This document shows, one piece after another, positions 31,874-45,186 of a stretch of 64,000 nucleotides of DNA. The DNA is from an uncultured Gammaproteobacteria bacterium. Lineage in GTDB: Bacteria > Pseudomonadota > Gammaproteobacteria > JACCXJ01. The notes beneath the pieces were generated by a model, which made no database searches, was not told the DNA's origin, and was given only the letters and a program-made list of their open reading frames with translations. Positions within the stretch are counted from its first letter, which is position 1; the number at the start of each line of letters is the position of its first letter. Where the stretch lies: the NCBI GenBank assembly GCA_963764725.1, contig CAVXTM010000011.1, positions 64,001 through 128,000 of the forward strand, in the 5' to 3' direction. The translations under genes and the position numbers were made by a program.

Positions 31874-32247
31874 ATGAACAGACAAGCACGTCGTTTGAGT
31901 TCAGTCATCGGCGGTGCCCTGGTGGCGACGGCCTGTGCGCCGGCGGGTGTCACGTCGTATGCCGGACGGGAAGTTGCGGCACCCACCGAAAAGATGATCG
32001 AGGAGGCCAAAACCAAGGCGGACCACGAGGCCCTGGCGGTCTACTATGATCGGGAAGCCAGGCACTGCGTGAAAAGGCCCAGTATTACCAGCGGATGGCC
32101 GATCAAAGTAGGTATCGGGGTAGTGCTTACAGGATAGTTTACGCGCCCCGCTATGACGCCCTCGCGCAGAAGTATCAAGCAGCCGAGGAAGAGAACCTGA
32201 AGCAAGCGAAACTGCACCGCGAACTTGCCTCAGAAGCAAGGCAATGA
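31874..32247 (+). pseudogene. Small helical periplasmic/lipoprotein (AKTKADHEALA family), frameshifted
   Basis: GAGGAG RBS; ATAC lipobox-like; EAKTKADHEALAVYY ... KYQAAEEENLKQAKLHRELA in a shifted frame. Confidence 0.55.
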
Positions 32248-32406
32248 GCAATTTGGATATACCTGGGCAACGATAAGATACACGATTGCCATACGCGATG
32301 GTTGTAAGGGAGGCCGAGCTGCGGTATGTGGATCATCCAGGGAACCAGGTCAGCGTGAAAATGCGCAGGCGTATACGCTTTTTTAGAGTAGAGGCGAGAG
32401 ATACCC

Positions 32407-33298
32407 ATGGGGCATAACTATGCTCACACCCCTGCCGGCAAGAATAAACGCCGGCTCACCATCGTCTTCGGGCTGACGACTCTGTACTTAGTTGTTGAGG
32501 TTATCGGCGGACTGCTCACGGGCAGTCTCGCGCTCTTGGCCGACGCCGGGCACATGCTGACCGACGTGGGCGGCCTCGGGCTGGCCTTGCTCGCTATCCG
32601 GTTCGCCGAGCGCCCGGCGACGCCCGAGCGCACCTACGGCTTTTACCGAGTCGAGATCCTCGCCTCGCTCGCGAATGCGGTCGTGCTGGTCGGCATCTCG
32701 TTCTACATCCTCTACGAAGCTTACGAACGATTCCGCGACCCGCCGAAGGTCCAGAGCGGAACGATGTTGCTCGTCGCCTTCGTCGGTCTCATTGTAAATA
32801 TTATCGGCATTTACCTCTTGCGCGCGGCATCGGAGGAGAGCCTGAACATGAAGGGAGCATACTTTGAAGTGCTCTCGGACATGCTCACCTCGATCGGCGT
32901 CATCGTCGCCGGCGTCATCATGTGGACCACGGGCTGGTATTACGCCGACCCGCTGATCTCGGCCGGCATCGGCCTCTTTATCCTGCCGCGCACGTGGATG
33001 CTGCTGCGTGACGCGGTGGGTGTGCTGCTTGAAGGCACGCCATCCGATATCAACCTTGCGGCGTTGCGCGAGGCCATTAGCGGCATTGCTGGGGTCGCCA
33101 GTGTCCACGACTTGCACGTATGGTCTCTGACGTCCGGAGATAAATGCGATGAGCGCGCATGCGGTCCTTGCCGACGGGGCGTCCCACGATGAGGTGCTAG
33201 CCGCCGTGCGACAGCGCGTCACCACAGACTTTAAGATCGCGCACGCCACCCTGCAGGTTGAGAGGAAGGAGTGCGCCGCACACGAGGTCCATTTATGA
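32407..33298 (+). pseudogene. czcD: CDF transporter CzcD, frameshift near 33139
   Basis: SLALLADAGHMLTD, VHDLHVWSLTSG then INAMSAHAVL..HATLQVE in another frame. Confidence 0.85.
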
Positions 33299-33322
33299 AA
33301 CGCCCTGATAGATTAGGCACTG

Positions 33323-33985
33323 ATGAGTACCACGAGCACTGAATCCGCAATATCGATTCGCCGTGAGCACCTGCACCGACGTGGTGTCCGTCTCGAATGG
33401 TTCACCGTTTCGTGGAATGTGATTGAGGCGATCGTTGCCATCGGCGCCGGCCTCATTGCCGGCAGCACCGCATTAATCGCGTTTGGCGTTGACAGCTTGA
33501 TTGAGGTGATCTCCGCTGTCGTTCTGCTGTGGCGGTTGCTGCAGACAGGCCCGAATGCAACCATAGAGGAGCACGGCTACGCTGAGCGGCGTGCGCTCTA
33601 CCTTGTGTCGGCGACGTTCTTCCTGCTCGCTGTTTTTGTGACCTTTGAAAGTATCGGTGCACTGGTGACACGGGAAGCGCCGGATAGCTCAACAGTAGGA
33701 CTTGTACTCTCTGTTCTATCTCTCATCATTATGCCTGTGCTTGCTTATACCAAGCAGCAGACCGGCCGCGAGTTGGGCAGCAAGGCGTTGCAGGCCGATG
33801 CGGTCGAGACATGGGTGTGCTCTTACCTGTCCTTCACGCTGCTCGCCGGCGTGGGATTGAACTTCGCTTTCGGGTGGTGGTGGGCTGATGCGGTCGGCGC
33901 GCTCATGATGCTGCCCGTGATCCTCTGGCAAGGCTGGGAGACATTCGAGGAAGCGCGTGAAGCGGGCGAAGAGCCTGATGGCTAA
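33323..33985 (+). CDS. CDF-like cation transporter (TM domain only)
   Basis: WNVIEA, ALIAFGVDSLIE, SKALQADA, WWWADAV. Confidence 0.8.
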   Translation: MSTTSTESAISIRREHLHRRGVRLEWFTVSWNVIEAIVAIGAGLIAGSTALIAFGVDSLIEVISAVVLLWRLLQTGPNATIEEHGYAERRALYLVSATFFLLAVFVTFESIGALVTREAPDSSTVGLVLSVLSLIIMPVLAYTKQQTGRELGSKALQADAVETWVCSYLSFTLLAGVGLNFAFGWWWADAVGALMMLPVILWQGWETFEEAREAGEEPDG

Positions 33986-34186
33986 TCACAACGAACGCCG
34001 ATCCGCAGATGATCCTCAGCTTGGTTCTGCCGTCTCTGAGATGTTGGCCTGGAGCCGACGCCCCAACGTCGGCAACTAGCGAGACCGAACGTCGCGACGT
34101 GCACTTGTAACAACGTGGCTTGTTGGCGCGGCCGTCACCCTTGATGGCATGACGATTATCTTCTTCGCTCCGCGCAGCGCATGAGA

Positions 34187-34600
34187 CTACTCGCTCCGAT
34201 TTTCGAGCGATGCGATAAGCGGGCACCTGACCTGCCTCCGAGTCGCGCCACACCGCTTTACCAGCGATGCTAAAACGGTTTCGATCCGCAGTAGATCGGC
34301 GAGTTTGCCTCGCACATCCGCCAGCTTCTTTTCTCCTAGCTCCCTCGCCTCGTTACAGTGCGTGCCGTCATCGAGCAATAGCAAGCCCCCGATTTCATCC
34401 AGGCTGAAACCAAGCCGCTGCGCGGACTTCACGAACCGCACCCGTGCAACGTCCGGGACTCCGTACCGCCGAATGCTCCCGTAGGGCTTGTCAGGTTCCG
34501 ACAGCAGCCCCTTGCGCTGATAGAAGCGGATGGTCTCGACGTTGACCCCGGCCACCCTGGCGAAGGTACCTATGGTGAGGTTCTGAGAATTCTCTTTCAC
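34187..34600 (-). CDS. merR: Hg(II)-responsive regulator
   Basis: [39 protein letters not shown]; GTG start. Confidence 0.93.
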   Translation of the reverse strand: MKENSQNLTIGTFARVAGVNVETIRFYQRKGLLSEPDKPYGSIRRYGVPDVARVRFVKSAQRLGFSLDEIGGLLLLDDGTHCNEARELGEKKLADVRGKLADLLRIETVLASLVKRCGATRRQVRCPLIASLENRSE

Positions 34601-34604
34601 GCCC

Positions 34605-34636
34605 TTGACTCCGTACCTGACTACGGGAGTAATTAT
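34605..34636 (+). promoter_or_regulatory. mer operator/promoter
   Basis: TTGACT-CCGTACCTGACTACGGGAG(19 bp)-TAATTA, the canonical MerR-type arrangement. Confidence 0.9.
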
Positions 34637-34664
34637 ATGCACTCTTCGTCTCGAAAGGAGGACC

Positions 34665-35015
34665 ATGGCTAAAGAGAACAACGGTGCCGGCGTGCTCGCC
34701 GCCGGCGGGATCGCGGCAATCCTGGCATCGGCTTGCTGCTTGGGTCCGCTCGTGCTGGTGTCGCTCGGTCTGAGCGGGGCCTGGCTCGGCAACCTGACGG
34801 CGCTGGAGCCCTTCCGCCCGGTTTTCATCGGCGCGGCGCTCATCGCCCTTTTTTTCGCCTACCGGCGCATCTTCAGACCGGCCGCCGAATGCAAGCCTGA
34901 TGAAGTCTGTGCGCGACCACAGACGAAGCGCGCCTATAAGGTCATGTTTGGGATCGTGGCCGCCCTGGTGGTGGTCGCGCTCGCCTTCCCCTACATCGCC
35001 CCACGGTTTTACTAA
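34665..35015 (+). CDS. merT: Mercuric transport protein
   Basis: [25 protein letters not shown]. Confidence 0.93.
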   Translation: MAKENNGAGVLAAGGIAAILASACCLGPLVLVSLGLSGAWLGNLTALEPFRPVFIGAALIALFFAYRRIFRPAAECKPDEVCARPQTKRAYKVMFGIVAALVVVALAFPYIAPRFY

Positions 35016-35027
35016 GAGGAGATCCCG

Positions 35028-35312
35028 ATGAAAAAGCTGTTGACCGCCGCTGTAGTGTCCCTCCTGACCACATTCTGCACCTCTGCGTGGGCCGCGCCGA
35101 AGACCGTCACCCTGTCGGTTTCCGGCATGACCTGCGCGGCATGCCCCATTACCATCAAGAAGGCCCTGACCGAAGTCGATGGCGTCACCGAGGCGGAGGT
35201 GAGCTTCGACAAGAAGCAGGCCGTGGTGACCTTCGACGACGCCAAGACGGATGTGTCCATTCTCATCGAAGCCACCACGGACGCGGGGTACCCATCGCGG
35301 GTGGCTCAGTGA
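35028..35312 (+). CDS. merP: Periplasmic mercury-binding protein
   Basis: Signal peptide, GMTCAACPIT, AGYPS. Confidence 0.93.
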   Translation: MKKLLTAAVVSLLTTFCTSAWAAPKTVTLSVSGMTCAACPITIKKALTEVDGVTEAEVSFDKKQAVVTFDDAKTDVSILIEATTDAGYPSRVAQ

Positions 35313-35330
35313 GCATGCCTCCCGAGACTC

Positions 35331-37849
<2,519 letters not shown>

Positions 37850-37863
37850 AATAGGGGTCCGCT

Positions 37864-38040
37864 ATGGAAGACATTCTGAAGTTGATTGGGTTTGCGGCTG
37901 CATTCGGGTTGGTAGGGGTCGCGATGTGGCAGCTAACCTTCGCGTGGCGAGATCCGCGGGAGGAGACCGATGGCGAGAAGCGCCGACGAGAGAAGCGAGA
38001 AAAAAAAGAGGCGCCAAGCCCAAATAAGTCGAGGCGCTGA
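37864..38040 (+). CDS. Small membrane-anchored basic protein
   Basis: 58 aa, one TM then charged tail, directly after merA. Confidence 0.35.
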   Translation: MEDILKLIGFAAAFGLVGVAMWQLTFAWRDPREETDGEKRRREKREKKEAPSPNKSRR

Positions 38041-38067
38041 GCCGGCAGGGGGCGAAAAGGACCCCGG

Positions 38068-38145
38068 GCGGAACTCCTGCCCGCGGACAAGGTGGCGGCG
38101 ATCGAGTCGCTCCAGAAAGAGGGCCGAAAGGTTGCGACGGTCGGG
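38068..38145 (+). pseudogene. P1B-type ATPase fragment
   Basis: AELLPADKVAAIESLQKEGRKVATVG. Confidence 0.65.
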
Positions 38146-38326
38146 GTAAACTCATCCATGTCGCCTACGGGGTATTGAAGTCCGGACAACCCTTCAACCC
38201 AGCGCTTCATGGATGTTGACATGGATAACAATATCTACATTTCTGGAGTCGGCAATTTCAGATATCTTCGGCTAGTATTTCGCCTGGGAGGTCCCCCGGC
38301 TATCCCCTCGTCTGGTCAGCAATGCA

Positions 38327-38476
38327 TTATCCGAGGTCTTGCAAGATTGGTTCTATATCGAGCTCATATCGGACCGTCTGAGCACCGGCGCCACCCGGCG
38401 AAAAATTGCGCTCGACAAATCTTAGGCGGTGGTCTTGGTCCTCAATGAGGACACTGCTACAGCGTGTGCCGTAATT
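38327..38476 (-). pseudogene. Second, diverged copy of the NRDE gene 3' end
   Basis: 38355-38476 vs 45206-45327: 109/122 identical by manual alignment; own TAA at 38327-38329. Confidence 0.85.
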
Positions 38477-38694
38477 GGAGCCGCTGGAAGCAGTTGCACA
38501 GCACTGTGTATCTGATCGCTACCTTAGCCGCGCTGCATTTTCTGTGGCTGGTAAAGGCTGACATCCGCGAGCCCTTTATCTATGGGATCTTGCTAACCGC
38601 GTTGCTGGCGTTTAGGATCCCTCCGCACGGTCGCCGGGTGCCTGCCAAAGAGCGGTCGACCAGAGCTGAAGTAACACCGGCGAAGGTTCTCTAG
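38476..38694 (+). pseudogene. msrQ: MsrQ (YedZ) C-terminal fragment
   Basis: RWKQLHSTVYLIATLAALHFLWLVKADIREPFIY. Confidence 0.75.
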
Positions 38695-38706
38695 ACGAGC
38701 AGAACC

Positions 38707-39081
38707 ATGAAAACGCGTGCAATAGTTAGCAAGTTCGTGCTAATCGCCCTGATGATATCCTGGTCACCAGGCTTCGGCGGAGTCATGTATCAAGCCTGTG
38801 AGGCCGACTGCTGCGCATCTGCCGCCGACGATGCTGGATGCTCCAAGGCTGCCGGAGAGCTGTCAAGGGAGGCGAGCGCCAAATCGAAGACGAAAGATTG
38901 CAGCTGCAACGACAGCTGCGATGCCTTTTGCTCTGAGTGTTTGTATTTCCATGTTGGCGTAATCGAGGCCCCGAAACGGTTGACTTCGTCTGCATTGAGT
39001 TTCTCGGCCACCCGGCCTAATCAATCCCTGCGATACTACTTCTTCCGACACTTTCGTCCTCCTCGGATAAGCCCCACCTAG
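38707..39081 (+). CDS. Cys-rich CopL-like periplasmic protein
   Basis: Signal-like N-terminus; CEADCC, CSCNDSCDAFCSEC; FRPPR end; upstream of cus genes. Confidence 0.6.
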   Translation: MKTRAIVSKFVLIALMISWSPGFGGVMYQACEADCCASAADDAGCSKAAGELSREASAKSKTKDCSCNDSCDAFCSECLYFHVGVIEAPKRLTSSALSFSATRPNQSLRYYFFRHFRPPRISPT

Positions 39082-39264
39082 ATCCGGTAGAGCGCGGTCG
39101 CATTGATCAATACACCGCGTCTTTGCGGCGATGAGCAAGACATCGCGTTGTCGCCCGGATCCAACTTAGACGAGCGCGACTGCAGTGGTTGCATTGCGCT
39201 AGGGAGATGATTCGGGGCAGGGATGCCCTTCCCTGATCGGTTAAGTTCTTCTTGGGAGGATCTA

Positions 39265-40554
39265 ATGTCGTACCATGACTGTTTTCGCTGCAGCCGCCCC
39301 ATCGTCTGCTCGATGATCTTGCTGATGTGCCCAGCAGCCCTGGGGCAAACTCAGGAGGTAACAAACGCGTCGCTATCCTTAGGCGAAGCCGAGCACTTGG
39401 CACTGGAACACGATCCGGTGACGAGACAGCGCGAAGCTCAGGCTCAAGCGTTTTCAGAGCGTGCGGTCGCCGACGGCCAACTGCCCGATCCACAGTTGAG
39501 CCTCGGGCTGGGTGATGTGCCTTCGAACTTTAAAGCCGACGAAGACCCCGACACCGAGTTCCAAGTGGGGCTGTCGCAAGCCTTTCCGCGCGGGCGGACG
39601 CTGCGCTACAAGAGCGAGCAGACGAACGCGATGGCGCAAGCCGAGAATGCGCGTGCCGAAGACCAGCGCCGCACGGTGCTGAAGGCGCTACGCGCGGCCT
39701 ATCTGGAGCTAAGCCACCAGACGCACGCGCTAGCAATTTTCGAGGAAAATAGAACGCTTTTCGCGCAACTGCAGGAGATCACGGAACGCCAGTACGCGGC
39801 CGGCCGCGACAACCAGCACGAGGTGCTGCGCGCGCAGCTTGAGTTTTCCCTCTTGGAAGAGCGGCTCGCCGAGGTCGCGGGCATGCGGGAGGCCGCGCGA
39901 GCAGAGCTCGCTAAGTGGATCACAACTCCCCAGGCGGAGCGCCCGCTGCCCGCCCAATACCCCGTGCTACCCGACGTTCCGGAGCCGGCGGCGCTCGTGG
40001 CCTCGCTGCGCTGCCATCCGCTCATGCAAGCCGAAAGCGCCATGGTGCAGGCGAGCATGAAGTCGCTCGCCATCGCCCGCGAGCAATACAAGCCCGGGTG
40101 GATGCTCAATCTCATGTTTGGACACCGCACCTCGGGGGGGTTTGAAGAGAATACCAGCGGGGAGCGTTTCGGCGCCATGGTCACGGTCGATCTGCCTTTG
40201 TTCCGGGAGAAGCGCCAGGACCGTACTCTCGCCTCGAGCGAGCGGGAACATGCGGCCGCTGAGTATTCGCGTGTCGATCGGCTACGCGATCTAACGCGCA
40301 TGGCGCAGGGCGAGTATGCCACCTGGAGGCAGCTCAGTAAGCGCCTCGACATCTATCGGGGCCATGCTGCAGTAGAAGCGGCCCAGAATGCCGAAGCGAC
40401 GTTCAACGCCTATCAGAACGGAGTCGCGGATTTCACCACGCTCTCGCGTGCCCGCATGATCGTGCTCGACACCCGGCTCGCACTGTTGCGGGTGCAATCC
40501 GAGCGGGCCAAGGCTCAAGCCAATCTGCTCTACCTTGCCGGAGACTGTCCGTGA
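39265..40554 (+). CDS. cusC: TolC-family outer membrane factor (Cu/Ag RND)
   Basis: ADGQLPDP, QAFPRG, EQYKPGW, DLPLFREKRQDR. Confidence 0.8.
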   Translation: MSYHDCFRCSRPIVCSMILLMCPAALGQTQEVTNASLSLGEAEHLALEHDPVTRQREAQAQAFSERAVADGQLPDPQLSLGLGDVPSNFKADEDPDTEFQVGLSQAFPRGRTLRYKSEQTNAMAQAENARAEDQRRTVLKALRAAYLELSHQTHALAIFEENRTLFAQLQEITERQYAAGRDNQHEVLRAQLEFSLLEERLAEVAGMREAARAELAKWITTPQAERPLPAQYPVLPDVPEPAALVASLRCHPLMQAESAMVQASMKSLAIAREQYKPGWMLNLMFGHRTSGGFEENTSGERFGAMVTVDLPLFREKRQDRTLASSEREHAAAEYSRVDRLRDLTRMAQGEYATWRQLSKRLDIYRGHAAVEAAQNAEATFNAYQNGVADFTTLSRARMIVLDTRLALLRVQSERAKAQANLLYLAGDCP

Positions 40555-41828
40555 GGATCGTGATAGCACTGTTGATTTTGATTCTGGGGATCGCCATTGG
40601 GCTCAAACTGCACCGCTGGGAGGAGGGGGGCAACAACCTCAGCAATCCAGGATCAGCCGGTCCAGCGGGTGCGAAGGCGGCAGGCGAACGCAAGATCCTG
40701 TATTGGTGGGATCCCATGATCCCGGATTTCCGGAGCGACAAGCCGGGCCTCTCTCCGATGAATATGGAGATGGTCCCAGTGTACGAGGATGAGGCGAGTG
40801 GTACGGGCGATCCGGGTATCACGATCGCCCCCGAGGTGGTCAATAACCTCGGAGTGCGCACGGCTCGAGTCGCGCGCGGGATGCTGGCGCGGCGCATCGA
40901 TACGGTCGGTTACCTCGACTACGACGAGAGCCGCCTCAATCATGTGCACGTGCGCGCCGAGGGCTGGATCCAGCGGCTTGTGGTCAAGGCCAAGGGCGAG
41001 CGGGTGGAGAAGGGACGGTTGTTGTTCGAGCTCTATTCCCCCACCCTGGTGAATGCCCAGGAGGAATATCTCCAGGCGCTCTCGATGGGAAACCAGCGGC
41101 TGATTCGCGCCTCTCGCCAGAAGCTCACGGCGCTTGGGATCTCCGAGAGCCAGGTCGCACGCCTCACGGAGAAGCGTCACGCCGATCAGGTCGTTCAGAT
41201 ATTCGCCCATCATGACCAAGGCGGTGTTGTCTCCGAGCTCATGGTGCGGGAGGGGATGTACCTCAAGCCCGACACCGAGATCATGACCTTAGTCGATCTC
41301 GGCACGGTATGGTTGCTCGCCGAGGTGTTTGAACGGCAAGCGAGCTGGGTTGAGCTCGGGCAAGCAGCCGAGGCGCGGGTCCCCTCTTTCCCGGGGCGCA
41401 CCTGGAAGGGAAAGGTGGATTATATCTATCCCGATTTGGACCCCATGACCCGTACCTTGCGGGTGCGGCTGCGCTTCGACAATCCAGAGGAGCTGTTGAA
41501 ACCGAAAATGTTCGCCCATGTGACGATCCTTGCCGAGCCGCGTCAGAATGTGTTGAGCATCCCGGCCGAGGCACTGATCCGGGATGGGGTTACGGAGCGC
41601 GTGGTGCTGGCACTGGGTCGAGGCCGATTTCAATCGCGGGAAGTGGTAGCGGGGATGGAGAGCGGTGAGCGCATCGAGGTCAAGAAGGGCTTGAGCGACG
41701 CGGATACCGTGGTGGTCTCGGCGCAGTTTCTGCTCGACTCCGAAGCGAGCCTCAAGGGCGCGTTCCGGCGCATGGAGCCACTCGCATCCAGAAGGCCGAA
41801 GGACGGGAATGGGGAGACTACGCCATGA
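40551..41828 (+). CDS. cusB: Cu/Ag RND periplasmic adaptor
   Basis: ILYWWDPM..DKPGLSPMNMEMVP, LYSPTL, AQFLLDSEAS. Confidence 0.88.
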   Translation: MRIVIALLILILGIAIGLKLHRWEEGGNNLSNPGSAGPAGAKAAGERKILYWWDPMIPDFRSDKPGLSPMNMEMVPVYEDEASGTGDPGITIAPEVVNNLGVRTARVARGMLARRIDTVGYLDYDESRLNHVHVRAEGWIQRLVVKAKGERVEKGRLLFELYSPTLVNAQEEYLQALSMGNQRLIRASRQKLTALGISESQVARLTEKRHADQVVQIFAHHDQGGVVSELMVREGMYLKPDTEIMTLVDLGTVWLLAEVFERQASWVELGQAAEARVPSFPGRTWKGKVDYIYPDLDPMTRTLRVRLRFDNPEELLKPKMFAHVTILAEPRQNVLSIPAEALIRDGVTERVVLALGRGRFQSREVVAGMESGERIEVKKGLSDADTVVVSAQFLLDSEASLKGAFRRMEPLASRRPKDGNGETTP

Positions 41829-44800
41829 TCGCGCGCATCATCGCCTGGTCCATCCGCAGTCGCTTCCTGATCCTGCTGGCGGCGACGTTCCTCACCGCGG
41901 GTGGGATCTACGCAGTGAAAGAAACGCCGGTCGACGCCATCCCCGATCTCTCGGACGTGCAAGTAATCATCCGCACCGTCTATCCGGGGCAGGCGCCTCA
42001 GGTGGTGGAAGACCAGGTCACCTACCCCTTGACCACGGCCATGCTGGCGGTCCCCGGCGCGGTCACGGTACGGGGGTTCTCGAACTTTGGGGACTCCTAC
42101 GTGTACGTCCTCTTCGAGGACGGCACCGATCTCTACTGGGCCCGCTCGCGGGTGCTCGAATACTTGAGCCAGGTCGCCCCCAGGCTGCCACCAACCGCCC
42201 GCCCGGCCTTGGGACCCGATGCCACCGGGGTGGGATGGGTGTACAGCTATGCCTTAGTGGACCGCAGCGGACGCCACGATCTGGCGCAACTGCGCGCATT
42301 GCAGGACTGGTTTCTCAAATACGAGCTGCAAGCCGTGGCTGGCGTGGCCGAGGTCGCCACGGTCGGCGGCATGGTCAAGCAGTATCAGGTGGTGGTCGAT
42401 CCCGACAGGCTGCGCGCCTATGGGATCCCAATCGCCGAGCTCAAGCGCGCTATCCAGGCGGGCAATCAAGAGCAAAGCGGATCGGTGCTCGAGATGGGGG
42501 AGGCCGAGTTCGTGATCCGGGCGACCGGGTATATCAAGGGGATAGCAGAACTGAAGAGCATCCCGCTTGGGGTGAGCCCGCGCGGCACGCCGATCCTGCT
42601 CGAGGATGTGGCTGAGATCCGGATCGGGCCCGAACAGCGCCGCGGGATCGCGGAGCTCGACGGGGAAGGCGAGGTGGTGGGCGGCATCGTCGTCATGCGC
42701 TTCGGCGAGAACGCGCGCAAGACAATAGCGGCGGTAAAGGTGAAGCTCGAGGAGCTAAAGCCCGGGCTGCCTGCGGGGGTTGAGATCATCGAGACCTACG
42801 ATCGATCCGGCCTCATCGCGCGCGCGGTGCAAACGCTTTGGGATAAGCTCATCGAGGAATTCATCGTGGTGGCTTTGGTTTGCGCCGTATTCCTCTTTCA
42901 TCTGCGCTCGGCGTTGGTCGTCGTCGTCAGCCTGCCCTTGGGGATCCTCGCCGCCTTCATGGTGATGTACGCCCAGGGCATCAACGCCAACATCATGTCG
43001 CTCGGGGGCATCGCGATCGCCATCGGTGCCATGGTGGATGCTGCCATCGTGATGATAGAGAACGTCCACAAACATATGGAGCGGGCGGAAGTTACCCAAG
43101 AAAATCGCTGGCAGGTGATACTCGAGGCCAGCCGCGAGGTGGGGCCGCCGCTCTTCTTCTCACTCCTCATCATTACCTTGAGCTTCCTGCCGGTTTTTGC
43201 CCTGGAGGCGCAGGAAGGGCGACTCTTCAAGCCGCTGGCTTATACCAAGACCTACGCCATGGCGGCTTCGGCGGGGCTCGCCATCACCCTGGTACCCGTG
43301 TTGATGGGCCTATTCATCCGCGGCCGAATCCTTCCTGAGCACCGAAACCCCATCAACCGCTTGCTGATCGCCGCCTATCGGCCCTTTATCCGGGTTGCTC
43401 TGGCTTATCCCTGGACCTTGGTCGCATCGGCGATCGTGGTGACCTTGGCAGGACTTTGGCCAATCACCCAGCTCGGCACCGAGTTCATGCCGGATCTCGA
43501 TGAGGGGGATCTCATGTACATGCCGACCACCTTTCCGGCGCTCTCCGCCGGCAAGGCCCAAGAGATCTTGCAGCAGACCGACAAGCTGATCCGCACCGTA
43601 CCGGAGGTGGAGCATGTGTTCGGCAAGATCGGGCGCGCCGAGACCGCCACCGATCCGGCGCCCTTCAACATGGTGGAGACGGTGGTGAAGCTCAAACCCC
43701 CAGAGCAGTGGCGGGAGGGCATGACACCCGATGAGGTCAAAGCCGAGCTCAATCGCGCAGTACAACTGCCGGGGCTTGCCAACGTTTGGGTCATGCCCAT
43801 CAAGACCCGCATCGACATGCTGGCGACCGGCATCAAGACCCCGGTAGGCATCAAGATCGCCGGCCCCGATCTCCAGGTCATCGAGGACATCGGCCGGCAG
43901 GTCGAACAGGTGGTGAGGCAAGTGCCCGGGACGACCTCAGCCTATTCCGAGCGCGTCAAGGGCGGGCGTTACATCAAGTTGGATATCAATCGGCTGGAGG
44001 CCGCGCGCCTTGGGCTCAACATCGAGGATGTGCAGGAGGTCATCAGTACGGCGGTGGGCGGCATGAATGTCGCGCAGACGGTTGAGGGCCTCGAACGCTA
44101 CCCGATAAACCTGCGCTATCCTCGGGCGATCCGCGACTCAATGGAAAAACTGCGCCTGCTGCCGGTGGTGACTCCATCTGGAGCCCGCATTCCGCTCGGG
44201 AGCGTCGCCAAGATCAGCATCGAAGCCGGACCCGAAATGATCAAGAGCGAGAACGCGCGCCTGAACGGCTGGGTGTTCGTCGATACCCAGGGCCGAGACT
44301 TAGGCGGCTATGTCAAGGAAGCAAGAGGTCGGGTCGCGCAAGAGGTCAAACTCCCGCCCCGCTATTCCATCACCTGGTCCGGCCAATACGAATACCTCGA
44401 GCGAGCCGCGGAGCGCCTGCGCGTGGTCGTGCCCATGACACTCGTCATCATCGTGCTGCTTCTTTATCTCAACTTCCGCAACCTCACCGAGGTCGTCATC
44501 CTGATGGCCAGCTTACCGTTTGCGCTCATCGGCGGCATCTGGCTCTTGTATCTGTTGGATTACCATCTCTCGGTCGCGAGTGGGGTGGGATTCATTGCCC
44601 TGGCGGGGGTGGCGGCGGAGACCGCGGTGGTGATGCTGGTCTTCTTGGACCTGGCGTATGCGCGCCGTGAACAACAGGCGCTTGGGGAAGGGCGTAGCAT
44701 GACTCGACAGGATTTGATCGACGCCGTGGTCGAAGGTGCGCTCCTGAGGGTCCGTCCCAAGGTGATGACGGTTGCCGCCATCATCGGGGGATTGTTGCCG

Positions 44801-44998
44801 ATCATGCTCGGTGGTGGCACCGGGTCGGAGGTCATGCGTCGCATCGCCGCCCCCATGGTGGGCGGCATGGTGAGCGCCGCGGTGTTGACCCTAGTGGTGA
44901 TCCCGGCCGTTTTCCTGTTGTGGAAGCAGCACATCCTCCAGACCGCCAAGGTCGCAGGGGTAACCGCTGCCGTCGAGACGCAGGTTCCCGGCACGTAA
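41825..44998 (+). CDS. cusA: Cu/Ag RND efflux permease
   Basis: TPVDAIPDLSDVQVI, GPDATGVGWV, LMYMP, RIDML, EVMRRIAAPMVGGM. Confidence 0.95.
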   Translation: MIARIIAWSIRSRFLILLAATFLTAGGIYAVKETPVDAIPDLSDVQVIIRTVYPGQAPQVVEDQVTYPLTTAMLAVPGAVTVRGFSNFGDSYVYVLFEDGTDLYWARSRVLEYLSQVAPRLPPTARPALGPDATGVGWVYSYALVDRSGRHDLAQLRALQDWFLKYELQAVAGVAEVATVGGMVKQYQVVVDPDRLRAYGIPIAELKRAIQAGNQEQSGSVLEMGEAEFVIRATGYIKGIAELKSIPLGVSPRGTPILLEDVAEIRIGPEQRRGIAELDGEGEVVGGIVVMRFGENARKTIAAVKVKLEELKPGLPAGVEIIETYDRSGLIARAVQTLWDKLIEEFIVVALVCAVFLFHLRSALVVVVSLPLGILAAFMVMYAQGINANIMSLGGIAIAIGAMVDAAIVMIENVHKHMERAEVTQENRWQVILEASREVGPPLFFSLLIITLSFLPVFALEAQEGRLFKPLAYTKTYAMAASAGLAITLVPVLMGLFIRGRILPEHRNPINRLLIAAYRPFIRVALAYPWTLVASAIVVTLAGLWPITQLGTEFMPDLDEGDLMYMPTTFPALSAGKAQEILQQTDKLIRTVPEVEHVFGKIGRAETATDPAPFNMVETVVKLKPPEQWREGMTPDEVKAELNRAVQLPGLANVWVMPIKTRIDMLATGIKTPVGIKIAGPDLQVIEDIGRQVEQVVRQVPGTTSAYSERVKGGRYIKLDINRLEAARLGLNIEDVQEVISTAVGGMNVAQTVEGLERYPINLRYPRAIRDSMEKLRLLPVVTPSGARIPLGSVAKISIEAGPEMIKSENARLNGWVFVDTQGRDLGGYVKEARGRVAQEVKLPPRYSITWSGQYEYLERAAERLRVVVPMTLVIIVLLLYLNFRNLTEVVILMASLPFALIGGIWLLYLLDYHLSVASGVGFIALAGVAAETAVVMLVFLDLAYARREQQALGEGRSMTRQDLIDAVVEGALLRVRPKVMTVAAIIGGLLPIMLGGGTGSEVMRRIAAPMVGGMVSAAVLTLVVIPAVFLLWKQHILQTAKVAGVTAAVETQVPGT

Positions 44999-45046
44999 TC
45001 GCTAACCTCGGCCTCAGCAAGCATCGCGTTTATTATACGCATACCC

Positions 45047-45139
45047 GCCGCGGGTACGTTAGCGATGGGGTTTCCAAAGGGGAGAAGCGCAGCTCTCCCC
45101 TTTGGTCAAGGGCAGGGTTCATATCCCGCCCGCGAAGTA
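45047..45139 (+). repeat. Double-hairpin intergenic repeat, copy 2 (at island right border)
   Basis: GCCGCGGGT..GCGATGGGGTTTCCAAAGGGGAGA..TCTCCCCTTTGGTC..GGGTTCATATCCCGCCCGCGAAGTA. Confidence 0.85.
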
Positions 45140-45144
45140 TATTG

Positions 45145-45186
45145 ATCACCGGCCAGACCTTGCGCGTGAACGGCGGGCTAGTTTGA
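45145..45186 (+). repeat. Duplicate of SDR gene 3' end (att-like)
   Basis: ITGQTLRVNGGLV* vs ITGQTVRVNGGLV* at 11768-11809. Confidence 0.85.

Noticed and set aside
34601-34843. N-terminal extension of MerR in the ORF track
   Set aside because: It overlaps the mer operator and merT; the true start is GTG at 34600.
44920-45186. 88-aa ORF ending ITGQTLRVNGGLV
   Set aside because: Chance read-through across the repeat into the duplicated SDR end; not a real gene.
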